From Nitrospirota bacterium (GTDB lineage: Bacteria > Nitrospirota > UBA9217), in contig CAVVUN010000001.1 of assembly GCA_963751455.1 (NCBI GenBank), forward strand, positions 288,001 through 352,000: DNA of 64,000 nt, read 5' to 3'. Of the stretch, positions 18,023-28,180 are shown in pieces; position 1 is the stretch's first letter; every line of letters begins with the position of its first letter. Position numbers and translations under genes: made by a program. The notes beneath the pieces were generated by a model. It made no database searches, was not told the origin of the DNA, and saw only the letters and a program-made list of their open reading frames with translations.

Positions 18023-18304
18023 GATATGCTCCTCTCCGCTATATGGATATGTAAGCCCGCCTCATCAGCATTTTTTTCTAATACTTTTTTATACTAGTCG
18101 TATTTTCATAAGGTAATTAACGTAGATAATTTTGTCAACCAAAAAACGATGATTGGGCGGGGTATTTTCGGGTGATAATAATTCTAATTTTAGGCTGGAG
18201 ATTCTATGCAGGGATTGGATATTGCCTATCAGGAATGTTTCGCTCTGCAATAAATTATGTATTACGGAATTTGTCAATGACTTTGAGACACCCCGCGTCC
18301 GAAT

Positions 18305-19321
18305 TTAGTGTACTTTTTCCTCGCTCAGAGGGATCGGTTTCGGCCTATTAATCCACACCGCGTCCGGTAATGAAGGAGGAACCGGGATCTTCCTCACGAA
18401 CCTTTCAGGATGCGCCTCGTACGCTGTAAGAAGCACCACGCTTCTGGCTTTTTGCACGTCTTCGGCAACTCCGTAATGGACGGATTCCGGCGTAAGCAGT
18501 CCGATGCCGGAGTGGTGATGCTCGGTATTGTACCAAGGGAAAAAGACTTGGCAGAAACCTCGGCTGTCCTCGATGCAGCCGAACCGATCGGGGAAATCCG
18601 GCCGGTACTTGAGCGTCTTGAATTGTGACTCGGAAAACGGATTATCATCGCTCGTATACGGCCTGCTGTGAGTCTTCGTGACCCCCAGATCAGCCATGAG
18701 CAAGGCAACCGGCTTGGACCTCATGGAAGAGCCGCGGTCCGCGTGAATCGTGAGCTGTCCTTTTTCGATATTCTGCTTTGCGCAGGTTTCCTTGATGAGC
18801 CTTTCCGCCAATGAAGCCGATTCAGCAGGGGCGATCATCCAGCCGACGACGTAGCGGCTGAAGATGTCCATGATCACGTAGAGGTAAAAATAGGTCCATT
18901 TTGCCGGGCCTAAAAGCTTCGTAATGTCCCAGGACCAGACTTGGTTCGGTGCCGTGGCCAAAAGTTCCGGCTTCTGATACACGGGATGGGTGAGCTGGTT
19001 CCTGCGCTCCTTGACCTCCTGGTTTTCGTCGAGGATGCGGTACATGGTGCTTATAGAGCAGTGATATTCCCCTTCATCCAGAAGGGTTGCATAGACCTCT
19101 TGGGGTGCCTTGTCGGTGAAACGGTCGGCATGGAGAATATCGAGTACTCCTTGCCGTTCGTCTGAAGAGAGTGCACGAGGAGGTCTCGGACGTTTTCTGC
19201 GCTCCAGGAGAGGCGCATTTTTTCGTGCCTGCGTCCGGTAGAACCCTGAACGAGGCACATCGAGCGATGCACATGCTGATTTGATCCCGATATCACAGGA
19301 AAGAGTAAGAGCGGCTTCCAT
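18305..19321 (-). CDS. IS3-family transposase OrfB
   Basis: Identical to 13587-14603 except K to R near the C-terminus. Confidence 0.95.
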   Translation of the reverse strand: MEAALTLSCDIGIKSACASLDVPRSGFYRTQARKNAPLLERRKRPRPPRALSSDERQGVLDILHADRFTDKAPQEVYATLLDEGEYHCSISTMYRILDENQEVKERRNQLTHPVYQKPELLATAPNQVWSWDITKLLGPAKWTYFYLYVIMDIFSRYVVGWMIAPAESASLAERLIKETCAKQNIEKGQLTIHADRGSSMRSKPVALLMADLGVTKTHSRPYTSDDNPFSESQFKTLKYRPDFPDRFGCIEDSRGFCQVFFPWYNTEHHHSGIGLLTPESVHYGVAEDVQKARSVVLLTAYEAHPERFVRKIPVPPSLPDAVWINRPKPIPLSEEKVH

Positions 19322-19824
19322 TATTCGCTCTCTCCTTTCACCGGGGTCGCAGGCGGGATCCCCAGAATCTGTGATATTTTTTTTTGAACGTCGATGATAA
19401 TTTCGGCCTGCCTGAGACGATTGGTAAGCCGTTCATTCTCTTTGCGGAGCTTTTCGTTCTCTACATGGAGAGGATGGCGGACTGATTCCTTACGCCCTCG
19501 CTTCTTGGGCGCGAGGCCGGATAGTACGCCGCGGTCGCGCTGACCTTGCCAGGTTTTGAGATTCGATGCATAGAGCCCTTCTCGGCGCAGGAGCGTACCA
19601 AGGCACCCCGGCTCATCGCAGGCATCGGCAAGCGTAAGGACTCGAAGCTTGTATTCAGCTGTAAAACGTCGCCGCACGGCTTTGGCCGGAACCTCGGGGT
19701 CCGGCAGGACCGAAGCCATACCTTGATGAGAATTGACTTCTTGCTGGGGCTCGTCCCAGGGAACCTCAGTCGCCCTACGGGCTCCTTCGTTTCCCTGGGT
19801 TGCTTTGATCTTTGTTGCTATCAT
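19321..19824 (-). CDS. IS3-family transposase OrfA
   Basis: Identical protein to 13084-13587. Confidence 0.9.
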   Translation of the reverse strand: MIATKIKATQGNEGARRATEVPWDEPQQEVNSHQGMASVLPDPEVPAKAVRRRFTAEYKLRVLTLADACDEPGCLGTLLRREGLYASNLKTWQGQRDRGVLSGLAPKKRGRKESVRHPLHVENEKLRKENERLTNRLRQAEIIIDVQKKISQILGIPPATPVKGESE

Positions 19825-20288
19825 AAGGTTATTTCCTCCCCCGCCCGCTACTCTAATTTACCATAGGGGAGGTGTCTCAGTCATATTGACACAGAGGGTT
19901 AACGATAACTTGTGATGCAGTTGTGGTAAAAGGCTCTATCTGAAAGCTGGCATATATGAAGCAGACGAGGGACAGCTATACTCGAGCGCTCCATACCATA
20001 TAGATAATTGCTAAGGTATGTGTGAAACTAAAGTGAAGATATGCTGGTATTGCGGTATGTCTGCTTGACTCATTTTATTGCAGATAATTGCTTATCTTGC
20101 CGCAATGAAACCTCGAAAAGTGCGGCGATGCCTTTATTGGATGCGCCGATTTTAATACGAAAAAGGACAAAAAAAATCGACTCGTTCGCTCAACGGAACG
20201 ACTTGCGGATGTCGTTTCTAATTGCGATCTGGATTGGTCCCTTTCTGAGTATCTCCAGAATTTAAGCGCTGGACTTGTGCAGCGGGTT

Positions 20289-22974
20289 TTATTTCGCCAG
20301 CCGCCTGAGGATCTCCTCAAGCTTCTTTATCTGCTCGCCGTACCCTGCCCAGTTGCCCTCTCGTTGCAGCTGCAGCGCCCGTTCATAGACGCTCAGGGCC
20401 TGACGCGAGAGTTCTGCCGGGGACACACCCTTCTCTTCCACAATTGTGCGCGTTGCAGGAGCCTGAGTCGGCCGTTTGCCGCCGAACATGCGGAAGAGCG
20501 CCAGTTCCAGGTTGTCCTCCATCACGACTTCGTTCTCGTATGCCACGATGACCCTGCGCAGCTCCGGTAGGCTCCCCTTGTCCGCTGATGCAAGATACAA
20601 GGGCTGTACATAGAGAAGAGAGCGCTCGATCGGGATGATAAGCATGCTTCCCCTGATCACCTGCGATCCCCGCTGGCCCCAGAGCGTCAGCTGCTGCGAT
20701 ATGGCGGAATCCTGGTTGATGCGCGCGTCGATCTGCTTCGGTCCGAAGATCAGCCGGTCCCGGGGGAAGGTATACGCGATGATCTTGCCGTAGTTCGGCT
20801 CGTCGCACCGGGCCGTAATCCAGGCCGCCAGGTTGTCGCGTTTTGCGGGCGTAAACGGCATCAGCAGGATGTACTCTTCCTTCTTTTCGCCAGGCAGCTT
20901 CATGACCGTGTAGGAAGGCTCCATGGGCTTGTTTTCATGGAGCGGCAGCTCCCAGAGGTTCTCCCTGTTGTAGAACACCTGCGGGTCCGTCATGTGATAC
21001 GAGGCAAAGAGCGAGGCCTGGATCTGGAGGAACCGGTGCGGATACCGGACATGACTGCGGAGATCCATGGGCATTTCGGAAAGCGGCTTGAACAGCGTGG
21101 GAAAGATCCGCTGGTAGGTCCGGATAAGCACATCCGCCGGGTCATAGACATAAAAATCAACATTGCCGTCGTAGGCATCCACAACTGCCTTGACGGAGTT
21201 GCGGATGTAATTTATCCGTCCGGAAGGCCGGGAATACGGAAGACGGTCGGACGAAGTGAACGCGTCGATGATCCAGGCAAGCCGCCCGTTTTCCCGGACA
21301 ACCATGTACGGGTCCTGCTCGAAGAGAAGGAACGGCGCGACTGCCCTCACCCGCTCGGCAATGGTGCGATAATACAATATTTTGCTTTGGGGCTGAATAT
21401 CGGAAGACAGCAGGATCTTTTCGCTCTTGAACACAGCCGCAAAGAAAAGCCTCCTTGCGAGCGATCCGACGCTCACTCCGCCCTTGCCGTCATACGTGGT
21501 ATAGATGTTTTTATCGGTGGTCGGATAGCTGAACTCGGGCACCCGGGTCTTGACGATTACGTACTCATTCGACAGTTCCCCGTAGTATATCTCCGGACGG
21601 CTGATCTTCACCTCAGGCGCCTGGCTTATCGGCGGGATGTCCTTTACGATGAATTCCGGCAGGCCTTCCCTGCTGATCCTGCTGACCGGGCCCATGGTCA
21701 GGCCGTTGCCGTGCGTGAAGATGAGCCGCTCGTTGATCCAGTTCCTGCTCGGCAGATCGTTGTACGAAAGCTCGCGCGGCGAGAGCATTACCTGCATGTA
21801 TTTTTTGTTGACCGTATAGCGGTCGTTGTCCACGTCAAAGAATTTGTAGTACGTGCGGATCTGCTGCAGCTGGCTGTACGTCCTGAGCAGCGGCGCATGG
21901 TCCCAGAGGCGAACGTTATCGGTCGTTGCCGCGTTGTCTCTCGATGTCCCTGGACGAAAGCGTGTAATCCACGTCAAACGGTTTGACCTCGATCTTGTCC
22001 AGATCGAAGCCCATGCGGGTAAAGCGGATATTATGGGTAATGAACGGCGTTTCCAGCGCCAGCTCATTCGGCGCAACTTTGAACTGCTGGAGGCCCGAAG
22101 GATAGAGCATCACGCCCACGACGTAGAGGACCCCAACGAGCACCGGCGGCGCCAGTGCCAGGAGCCAGGAGCCCCTCCAGGTCCCGATGACAAGCATAAC
22201 AGCCGCAATTGCGGAGGCAATTGTCAGGATGCGGTATATCGGGAGCCGCGCATACACGTCGGTATACCCTGCGCCGTAGATCACCCCGCTGTCCGAAAAG
22301 AGCAGCCGGAATGTATCGAGGTAGAAACCGACGGCCATATTGAGCAGGATCAAGCCGATCAGTACAGCCAGGTGGCGGATAACCGGCCTCTTTATGGAAA
22401 AGCCGCGCTCGCTCATCGCGATGCCGCCGCGCAGGAAATAGACAAGTGCCGTCGTCGCTGCGGTGAGGAACAGCATGAACCCGATGAAACCGATCAGCGC
22501 CTCTATAAACGAAAGATCGAACAGATAGAACCCGATGTCAGATCCGAGCACAGGGTCCGCCATACCCATGCGCTCTCCGTGCTGAAACAGCAGGAAATCC
22601 TGCCATTGATGAGAGGCCCACTGCCCCGCCATAAGGCCGAATAGGGCGGCAGCTGCCGGCATAAGCAGTTTCAGCAGCCGGTCAGCGGAACCGGTCGTGA
22701 ACGGTCCGGGCGCTCCCTGGATAAAGAACAAATCGCGCTGCGGAAATGCAGCTCTTCGCGCTATCTCAGCATTCACAACAACAAAAACAAACAGCAGAAG
22801 CCCGAATGCTGCGCCGAGGCCTATTTTGACGAAAAGGGTTTTCGTAAATACCGGTATGTATCCTGTCTCTTGAAAAAATAACCAGTCAGCTGCAAGGTCG
22901 AGGAGCGACCACAGGAACGGCAGAGCAAACAGGAGAGCAACTGCGATGAGGAGAAGTATTCTCGGTCTTTTCAT
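20289..22974 (-). pseudogene. UPF0182 family membrane protein, frameshifted near 21938
   Basis: N-terminal half (DPVLGSDIGFY, GAGYTDV, PNELALE) and C-terminal half (NVRLWD, FTHG, NYIRNSVK, DPQVFYNRE) in different frames. Confidence 0.88.
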
Positions 22975-23092
22975 GTTATTTCCTTTCATTTGCGGCGCAT
23001 GCCGAGGCTGAACCGCACATTATGCGTCCTCTTTTTTTACTGTATCACAAATTTGATCAAAAGCCAAAAAATATTGATTCTTTGTGCTTCCG

Positions 23093-24111
23093 TTATCCCC
23101 TTCCGCGCAGGACGTAGAGAAGATATACGTTTATAATATAGGCGAGCAGCAGCGCCAGCGCGTCCCAGCCGATTCTCATGAATGCCTTTTTTTCCGTGCG
23201 GTACGTAAGACTCACTATTGCGATACCGGTCATAACGACGGCAATCATGCCCGTCAGTGCATGGTTTACGGACACATCCGATAAAAGCGGGCCCTTCCTG
23301 TAAAGAGATCGTCGATCGCAAGGATAAAAATGTTGAACATGTTGCTTCCAAAAAGATTCGCTATGGCCATGTCCGCGGCCCCGATCCTCAAGGCGGCCAC
23401 GGAAACGACTACTTCCGGAAGCGAAGTGGTGAGCGCGACGAATACCGTGCCGAAAAAGCTCTGTCCGAGCCCTGTTTGCTGCGCGAGCCTGTCGCCGATT
23501 ACCGGCAGCCAGGTTGCCGCGATGACGATAATAAGCGCATTCAGAACATAATTGGTCACCGCGTTCCGGGTAGTAATGTGCTCATACCGGGTCGCTTCCT
23601 TAAGCCCGCTCACGAAATCCGCAATTTTTCTCTTTTCGAACAGGAAAACGCTCCTGATTCCTATAACGTAGATAAGAATTATCGCCGGGGTATAAAGACC
23701 GATGTGGCCGAATGCGAGCTCCAGGGGCGAGAAGATCGATATGGACGCTAATCCAATCAGGATTATACCGAAGCCTGCAGAAAGGATATGTCCGTGCTCG
23801 GCCTTTGAAAAAATGGGCCGCGGACCGTGAAGCAGATCCATCAGCGCGATGATCGACAGATTGAACACGCAGCTCCCCATTATGTCGCCGAGGGCGATGT
23901 CCGGCGTGTCGGCGAAGGTGACCGAGCTTATACCGGTGATCAGCTCCGGAAGCGAGGTCACTCCCGCCATCAGGACCAGCCCGATCCAGGCCCTGCCCAT
24001 TCCCGTCTTTTCCGCGATCACATCCCCGTACCGGGAAAGACTGGTGCCGCAAATCACAATGACAACAGAACACGCTATGAATGCCAGCCACCACAAAGCA
24101 ATCTCCCTCAA
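23093..24111 (-). pseudogene. CaCA family (Na+/Ca2+ or cation/H+) antiporter, frameshifted near 23303
   Basis: Two alpha-repeats (TSLPEL, TSLPEV; GSCVFN, GSNMFN); adding one T restores DDLFYRKGPLLSDVSVNH. Confidence 0.85.
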
Positions 24112-24585
24112 GATAGAGCTTCAGGTTAAGGACTTGATTTATAAGTGTTGATGACTTTCCTATAAGTGCAAATTTTGTCTTTATTCGGCTTTTTCAGAGA
24201 CCCCTGCATCCCGTGAGCAGCGACCGCGCTTTACATGACCAGCATCAACTTGGTCAAATCACAAATCGTGCATGCGCGTGCGAAGCTCAGCGCTATGGGA
24301 GGCTGTATTGACAATTATAACTGAAGATATTCTGGCATGTTTGCGCGGCGCTGTGAACGGCGGTGCAGAAAAAATAAAAGGATCTCGAACTTCCTGGCAT
24401 GACTGTTCAGGCTGCTGTTTTTTTGAATGCCTGCTAATTCTTTCTAAATCTTTGCAATTTAGGGTTATTCGCGAAATTGCTGATAGAGGAAACAATTGCA
24501 ACAATCGCCCGAATATGCTACAAAATACGTACATGAAGGGCTAACTGGAGCTCTATTGAAAACACGAGCACAATGTTTATTCACA

Positions 24586-26307
24586 ATGAAAAATAAAGCC
24601 GTTTTGGACAAAATAAGAAGTATTCCAAAAGGTTGGATATTCCTGTGTCTCATTATCCTCTTCGTTGTGTTCGTGCGCGTCAGGCTCCTGGAAATGCCGC
24701 TTGAGAGGGATGAAGGAGAATACGCCTACATGGGACAGCTTCTGCTGGAAGGCGTACCCCCTTACGGCGAGGCATACAACATGAAATTCCCCGGCGTATA
24801 TCTCATGTACGCCGTTATTATGGCGCTCTTCGGTCAGACAGCTCAGGGCATTCATATCGGGCTGCTGCTGGTGAATTGCGCCGCAATTTTGCTCATGTAT
24901 CTTTTGGCAAGGAAAATGGTTGACGACATGCCGGCGGCTGTTGCCGGGGCGACCTACGGCATCCTGTCACTCAGTCCTTCAGTATTCGGCTTCGCTGCCC
25001 ATGCCACTCACTTCGTGGTGCTGCCCGCCCTTGGTGGAACTCTCTTGCTGCTTCACGCTCTTGAAAAAAGGAAGCTCCTTCTGTTTTTTTTGTCAGGCGC
25101 TTTGCTCGGCATTTCTGTCATCATGAAGCAGCCCGGGATAGTTTTTGTTCTGTTCGGCGCAGCGTACATCGTTTGGCGGCATTTCTATTCGAAGCGGCCC
25201 GGCTTGCCTGTTTTTTTTAATAAGCTCGCCCCATTCTGTCTGGGGGCGCTGCTGCCGCTCCTCATTACCGCGCTCTGGCTCTATTTTGCAGGCGTCTTCG
25301 ACAGGTTCTGGTTTTGGACAGTCGTTTATGCCTCCAAGTACGCCAGCCAGGTCTCCTTTCCCGACGCTTTAGTGCGTTTAAAAAACAGTTTTCTTCAGGT
25401 GGCTGACGGCTTTTTTCTTTTCTGGATAATGGCCGGCCTCGGTCTTGCCGCAATGCTTATCCGTAAAGGGCGCCCCTCTGTCGCAGATTTATCTTCGAGC
25501 AAAATGGACCGGGCCCCGGAGCATCAGCTTGTTATTTCGGACAGGGAAACCGTGATCAAGCCGTTCGTTCTCCTCTTCGCCTTTTTTTCCTTTCTTTCGG
25601 TATTGCCTGGATTCTATTTCCGCAGTCATTATTATATAACGCTGCTTCCGGCAGTATCGCTCCTGTTCTGTATTTTCATCGATTTCCTGCGATCAGGAGG
25701 CTTCTCTTTTTTCAAGGTGCGGCTTCCGAAACGCATCGGCGCGGTGATATTCATTGCCGCAGCCACAATCGGCGTTGTTCACGAAAGGGATTATTTCTTT
25801 GCCGACAATCCAGCCAGACTTTCCGGATTGATTTATTCCGGCAACCCATTTTCAGAATCTTTGAAAATAGCAAAGTTTATCGAAGAGAGGACTACTCCGG
25901 ATGACAGGATCGCCGTGTTCGGTTCCGAGCCGCAGATATTTTTTTATGCCAACCGACGTTCTGCTACGGGATATATATACACCTACAGTCTGATGGAGAT
26001 TCACAAATATGCTTTAGCGATGCAGAAAGAAATGACCGCCGAAGTCGAGGCCTCGAAACCTAAATTCATCGTTGACGTAATTGCCGGGGAATCCTGGTCA
26101 CAGCAGCCGGAATCTGAAACATACATTTGGGGTTGGATGGATAAATATATTGCCGACAGATATAACCTGGTCGGGATTGTAGATATGATACCTCCGAACA
26201 TGTCGCTTTATAAGTGGTACGACGAAGCAAAAAAATACAAGGCACAGTCGCCTTGGTCTTTGCTTATTTACGAGAGGCAAGAGAACACCGCAGTTGGAGA
26301 AACCTGA
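24586..26307 (+). CDS. GT-C fold glycosyltransferase (ArnT/PMT-like)
   Basis: ERDEGEYAYMG loop after TM1, KFPG, KQP, many TM segments. Confidence 0.8.
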   Translation: MKNKAVLDKIRSIPKGWIFLCLIILFVVFVRVRLLEMPLERDEGEYAYMGQLLLEGVPPYGEAYNMKFPGVYLMYAVIMALFGQTAQGIHIGLLLVNCAAILLMYLLARKMVDDMPAAVAGATYGILSLSPSVFGFAAHATHFVVLPALGGTLLLLHALEKRKLLLFFLSGALLGISVIMKQPGIVFVLFGAAYIVWRHFYSKRPGLPVFFNKLAPFCLGALLPLLITALWLYFAGVFDRFWFWTVVYASKYASQVSFPDALVRLKNSFLQVADGFFLFWIMAGLGLAAMLIRKGRPSVADLSSSKMDRAPEHQLVISDRETVIKPFVLLFAFFSFLSVLPGFYFRSHYYITLLPAVSLLFCIFIDFLRSGGFSFFKVRLPKRIGAVIFIAAATIGVVHERDYFFADNPARLSGLIYSGNPFSESLKIAKFIEERTTPDDRIAVFGSEPQIFFYANRRSATGYIYTYSLMEIHKYALAMQKEMTAEVEASKPKFIVDVIAGESWSQQPESETYIWGWMDKYIADRYNLVGIVDMIPPNMSLYKWYDEAKKYKAQSPWSLLIYERQENTAVGET

Positions 26308-28064
26308 TGAAAAGGTTTAACTCAGCCGAAATGCCGGAAAAATCAGGCATGAACTTCCGGTCCTTATTCGAAACCGCCGTCCAATCGTTAGAGTACCGGG
26401 AAAAGCCGCTTTTGAATGCGGACGGACGGGAAAGAAAAGCGCAGGTGCTATTGCTTGTTGCACTAACCGCTGTTTGCCTTCTTCCGTTTGCCGGGAAGGC
26501 ATTTAATATGGATGACCCGTTATTCATCTGGGTCGCGCAGTTCATTCAGTCAAATCCTCTTGATCCTTACGGATTCAACGTCAACTGGTATGAAACAGTG
26601 TTGCCGATGTCGGAGGTCAACAAGAATCCGCCGCTTGTCTCTTATTTTATCGCTATTGCGGGCTCTGTTTTCGGATGGAATGAACCCGCGCTTCATATTG
26701 TCTTTCTACTGCCGGCGATGGCCGTTGTCGTCGGCACATATCTGATCGCGGGGTATTATTGCGCAAATCCGATTCTGGCAAGCCTCGCTGTATTATTTAC
26801 GCCTGTCTTTCTCGTCTCAAGCACGACCATCATGTCCGATTTGCTGATGCTGGCCTTCTGGGTGTTTGCGGTTTATTTCTGGATTTCAGGCCTGGATAAG
26901 AACTCGAATTTCAGGCTTTTGCTTTCCGTCATACTGGTTGCCCTTAGCGCCTTGTCGAAATATTTTGGGATGGCTCTCCTTCCGATGCTGCTGCTGTACT
27001 CGCTTCTTAAGCGCCGGAATGCGGCACGGTCGGCACTGTTTATGCTTTTGCCGGTTGCCCTCCTGGGTGCGTACCAGTGGGCAACGGGTGAGCTCTACGG
27101 CCGGGGGCTGCTGACGGACGCCGGTGCATATGCTATTGCGGTTCCTTCGGCCTTCGGGAAATTGTCCTTCCCGAAGCTGTTAGTCGGTCTGTCTTTCATG
27201 GGCGGTTGTGTTCTCGTGGTTCTATTTTTCACAAATCTGGCCTGGTCCCGGAGGGAATTCTTTATCGGAGTTATTCTCGCGGCTATCGTCACGATAATAG
27301 CGGGTTCGACCGGGTCGCTTGGAAACTACCGGCTTCCTGAAGAAGACACGGCCCGCTGGATCATCGCCTTGGAGCTTGGCATCTTCATCAGCGGCGGCAT
27401 CAGTTTGCTGGCCATCGCCTTTCTGGATTTGATCCATAGGAAAGACGCTGACTCGAGCCTGTTGTTCGTATGGTTCATGGGAACTTTTGTCTTTGCTGCC
27501 TTTATAAATTGGACCACGGCCGCCCGCTCGATCCTCCCGCTGGTTCCAGCAGCAGGCATACTGATTGCGCGCAGGATAGAACAGCACAAATCGGGGAAGC
27601 GGATTTCCCTGAGGCGAATATTTACACCCTTGATCGGGGCAGCCGTTGTTGCGCTTGCAGTGACCTGGGCCGACTATAGCCTTGCCAACAGCGGCCGCCA
27701 GGCCGCCGCTGACATTCTTGACAAATACATAAACAGAAAAGAGAGTATTTGGTTTTCAGGCCATTGGGGGTTCCAATATTACATGCAGAATTCCGGCGCG
27801 AGGCCTTTTGATAGAGACCTTTCGATACCCGCAGCCGGCGATATCCTGGTTGTTCCCAGCAATAATACAAATGTTGTTGAGCTGCCTTCTCAACTGGTGC
27901 GGCTTCACGAAGTCCTTGAAGTGCCTTCCGGCGGCCGATGGATAACAACGATGAGTTTAAAGACCGGGGCCGGCTTTTACTCAGATACGTGGGGTCCCCT
28001 TCCCTTTGCTGTGGGGAGCGTGCCTTTAGAACAGTATCATGTTTTCGAAGTAAGGGGTTTGTAA
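26307..28064 (+). CDS. GT-C fold glycosyltransferase (ArnT/PMT-like)
   Basis: MDDPLF, NPPL, SKY motifs; many TM segments; TGATG coupling to previous gene. Confidence 0.78.
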   Translation: MKRFNSAEMPEKSGMNFRSLFETAVQSLEYREKPLLNADGRERKAQVLLLVALTAVCLLPFAGKAFNMDDPLFIWVAQFIQSNPLDPYGFNVNWYETVLPMSEVNKNPPLVSYFIAIAGSVFGWNEPALHIVFLLPAMAVVVGTYLIAGYYCANPILASLAVLFTPVFLVSSTTIMSDLLMLAFWVFAVYFWISGLDKNSNFRLLLSVILVALSALSKYFGMALLPMLLLYSLLKRRNAARSALFMLLPVALLGAYQWATGELYGRGLLTDAGAYAIAVPSAFGKLSFPKLLVGLSFMGGCVLVVLFFTNLAWSRREFFIGVILAAIVTIIAGSTGSLGNYRLPEEDTARWIIALELGIFISGGISLLAIAFLDLIHRKDADSSLLFVWFMGTFVFAAFINWTTAARSILPLVPAAGILIARRIEQHKSGKRISLRRIFTPLIGAAVVALAVTWADYSLANSGRQAAADILDKYINRKESIWFSGHWGFQYYMQNSGARPFDRDLSIPAAGDILVVPSNNTNVVELPSQLVRLHEVLEVPSGGRWITTMSLKTGAGFYSDTWGPLPFAVGSVPLEQYHVFEVRGL

Positions 28065-28076
28065 GAGGTCAAAATC

Positions 28077-28142
28077 CACCACGGAGACACGGAGAAATTA
28101 TTTTAAGAAATATTTCAGGTTCGCTCCGTGCTCTCTGTGGTT
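28077..28142. repeat. nonamer-periodic palindrome (CACCACGGAGACACGGAG..CTCCGTGCTCTCTGTGGT)
   Basis: Inverted 9-nt periodic arms. Confidence 0.65.
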
Positions 28143-28180
28143 AAAATCCGAATTCCTTGAGTTTTGCAAGGTGATTTTTT

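Larger units (their letters stand above)
18265..19898 (-). mobile_element. IS3-family insertion sequence, copy 2 (inverted)
   Basis: Same 1634 bp as copy 1 with two substitutions noticed; flanked by TTA on both sides. Confidence 0.92.

Noticed and set aside
13010-19898. Composite transposon that inserted as a unit
   Set aside because: Outer flanks (..AGTC and TTAA..) show no shared duplication, and copy 2 has its own TTA/TTA flanks
19948-20095. sigma54-like TGGCATATATGAAGC and repeated AGATAATTGCT
   Set aside because: Weak match with no co-oriented gene downstream; could be chance in AT-rich DNA
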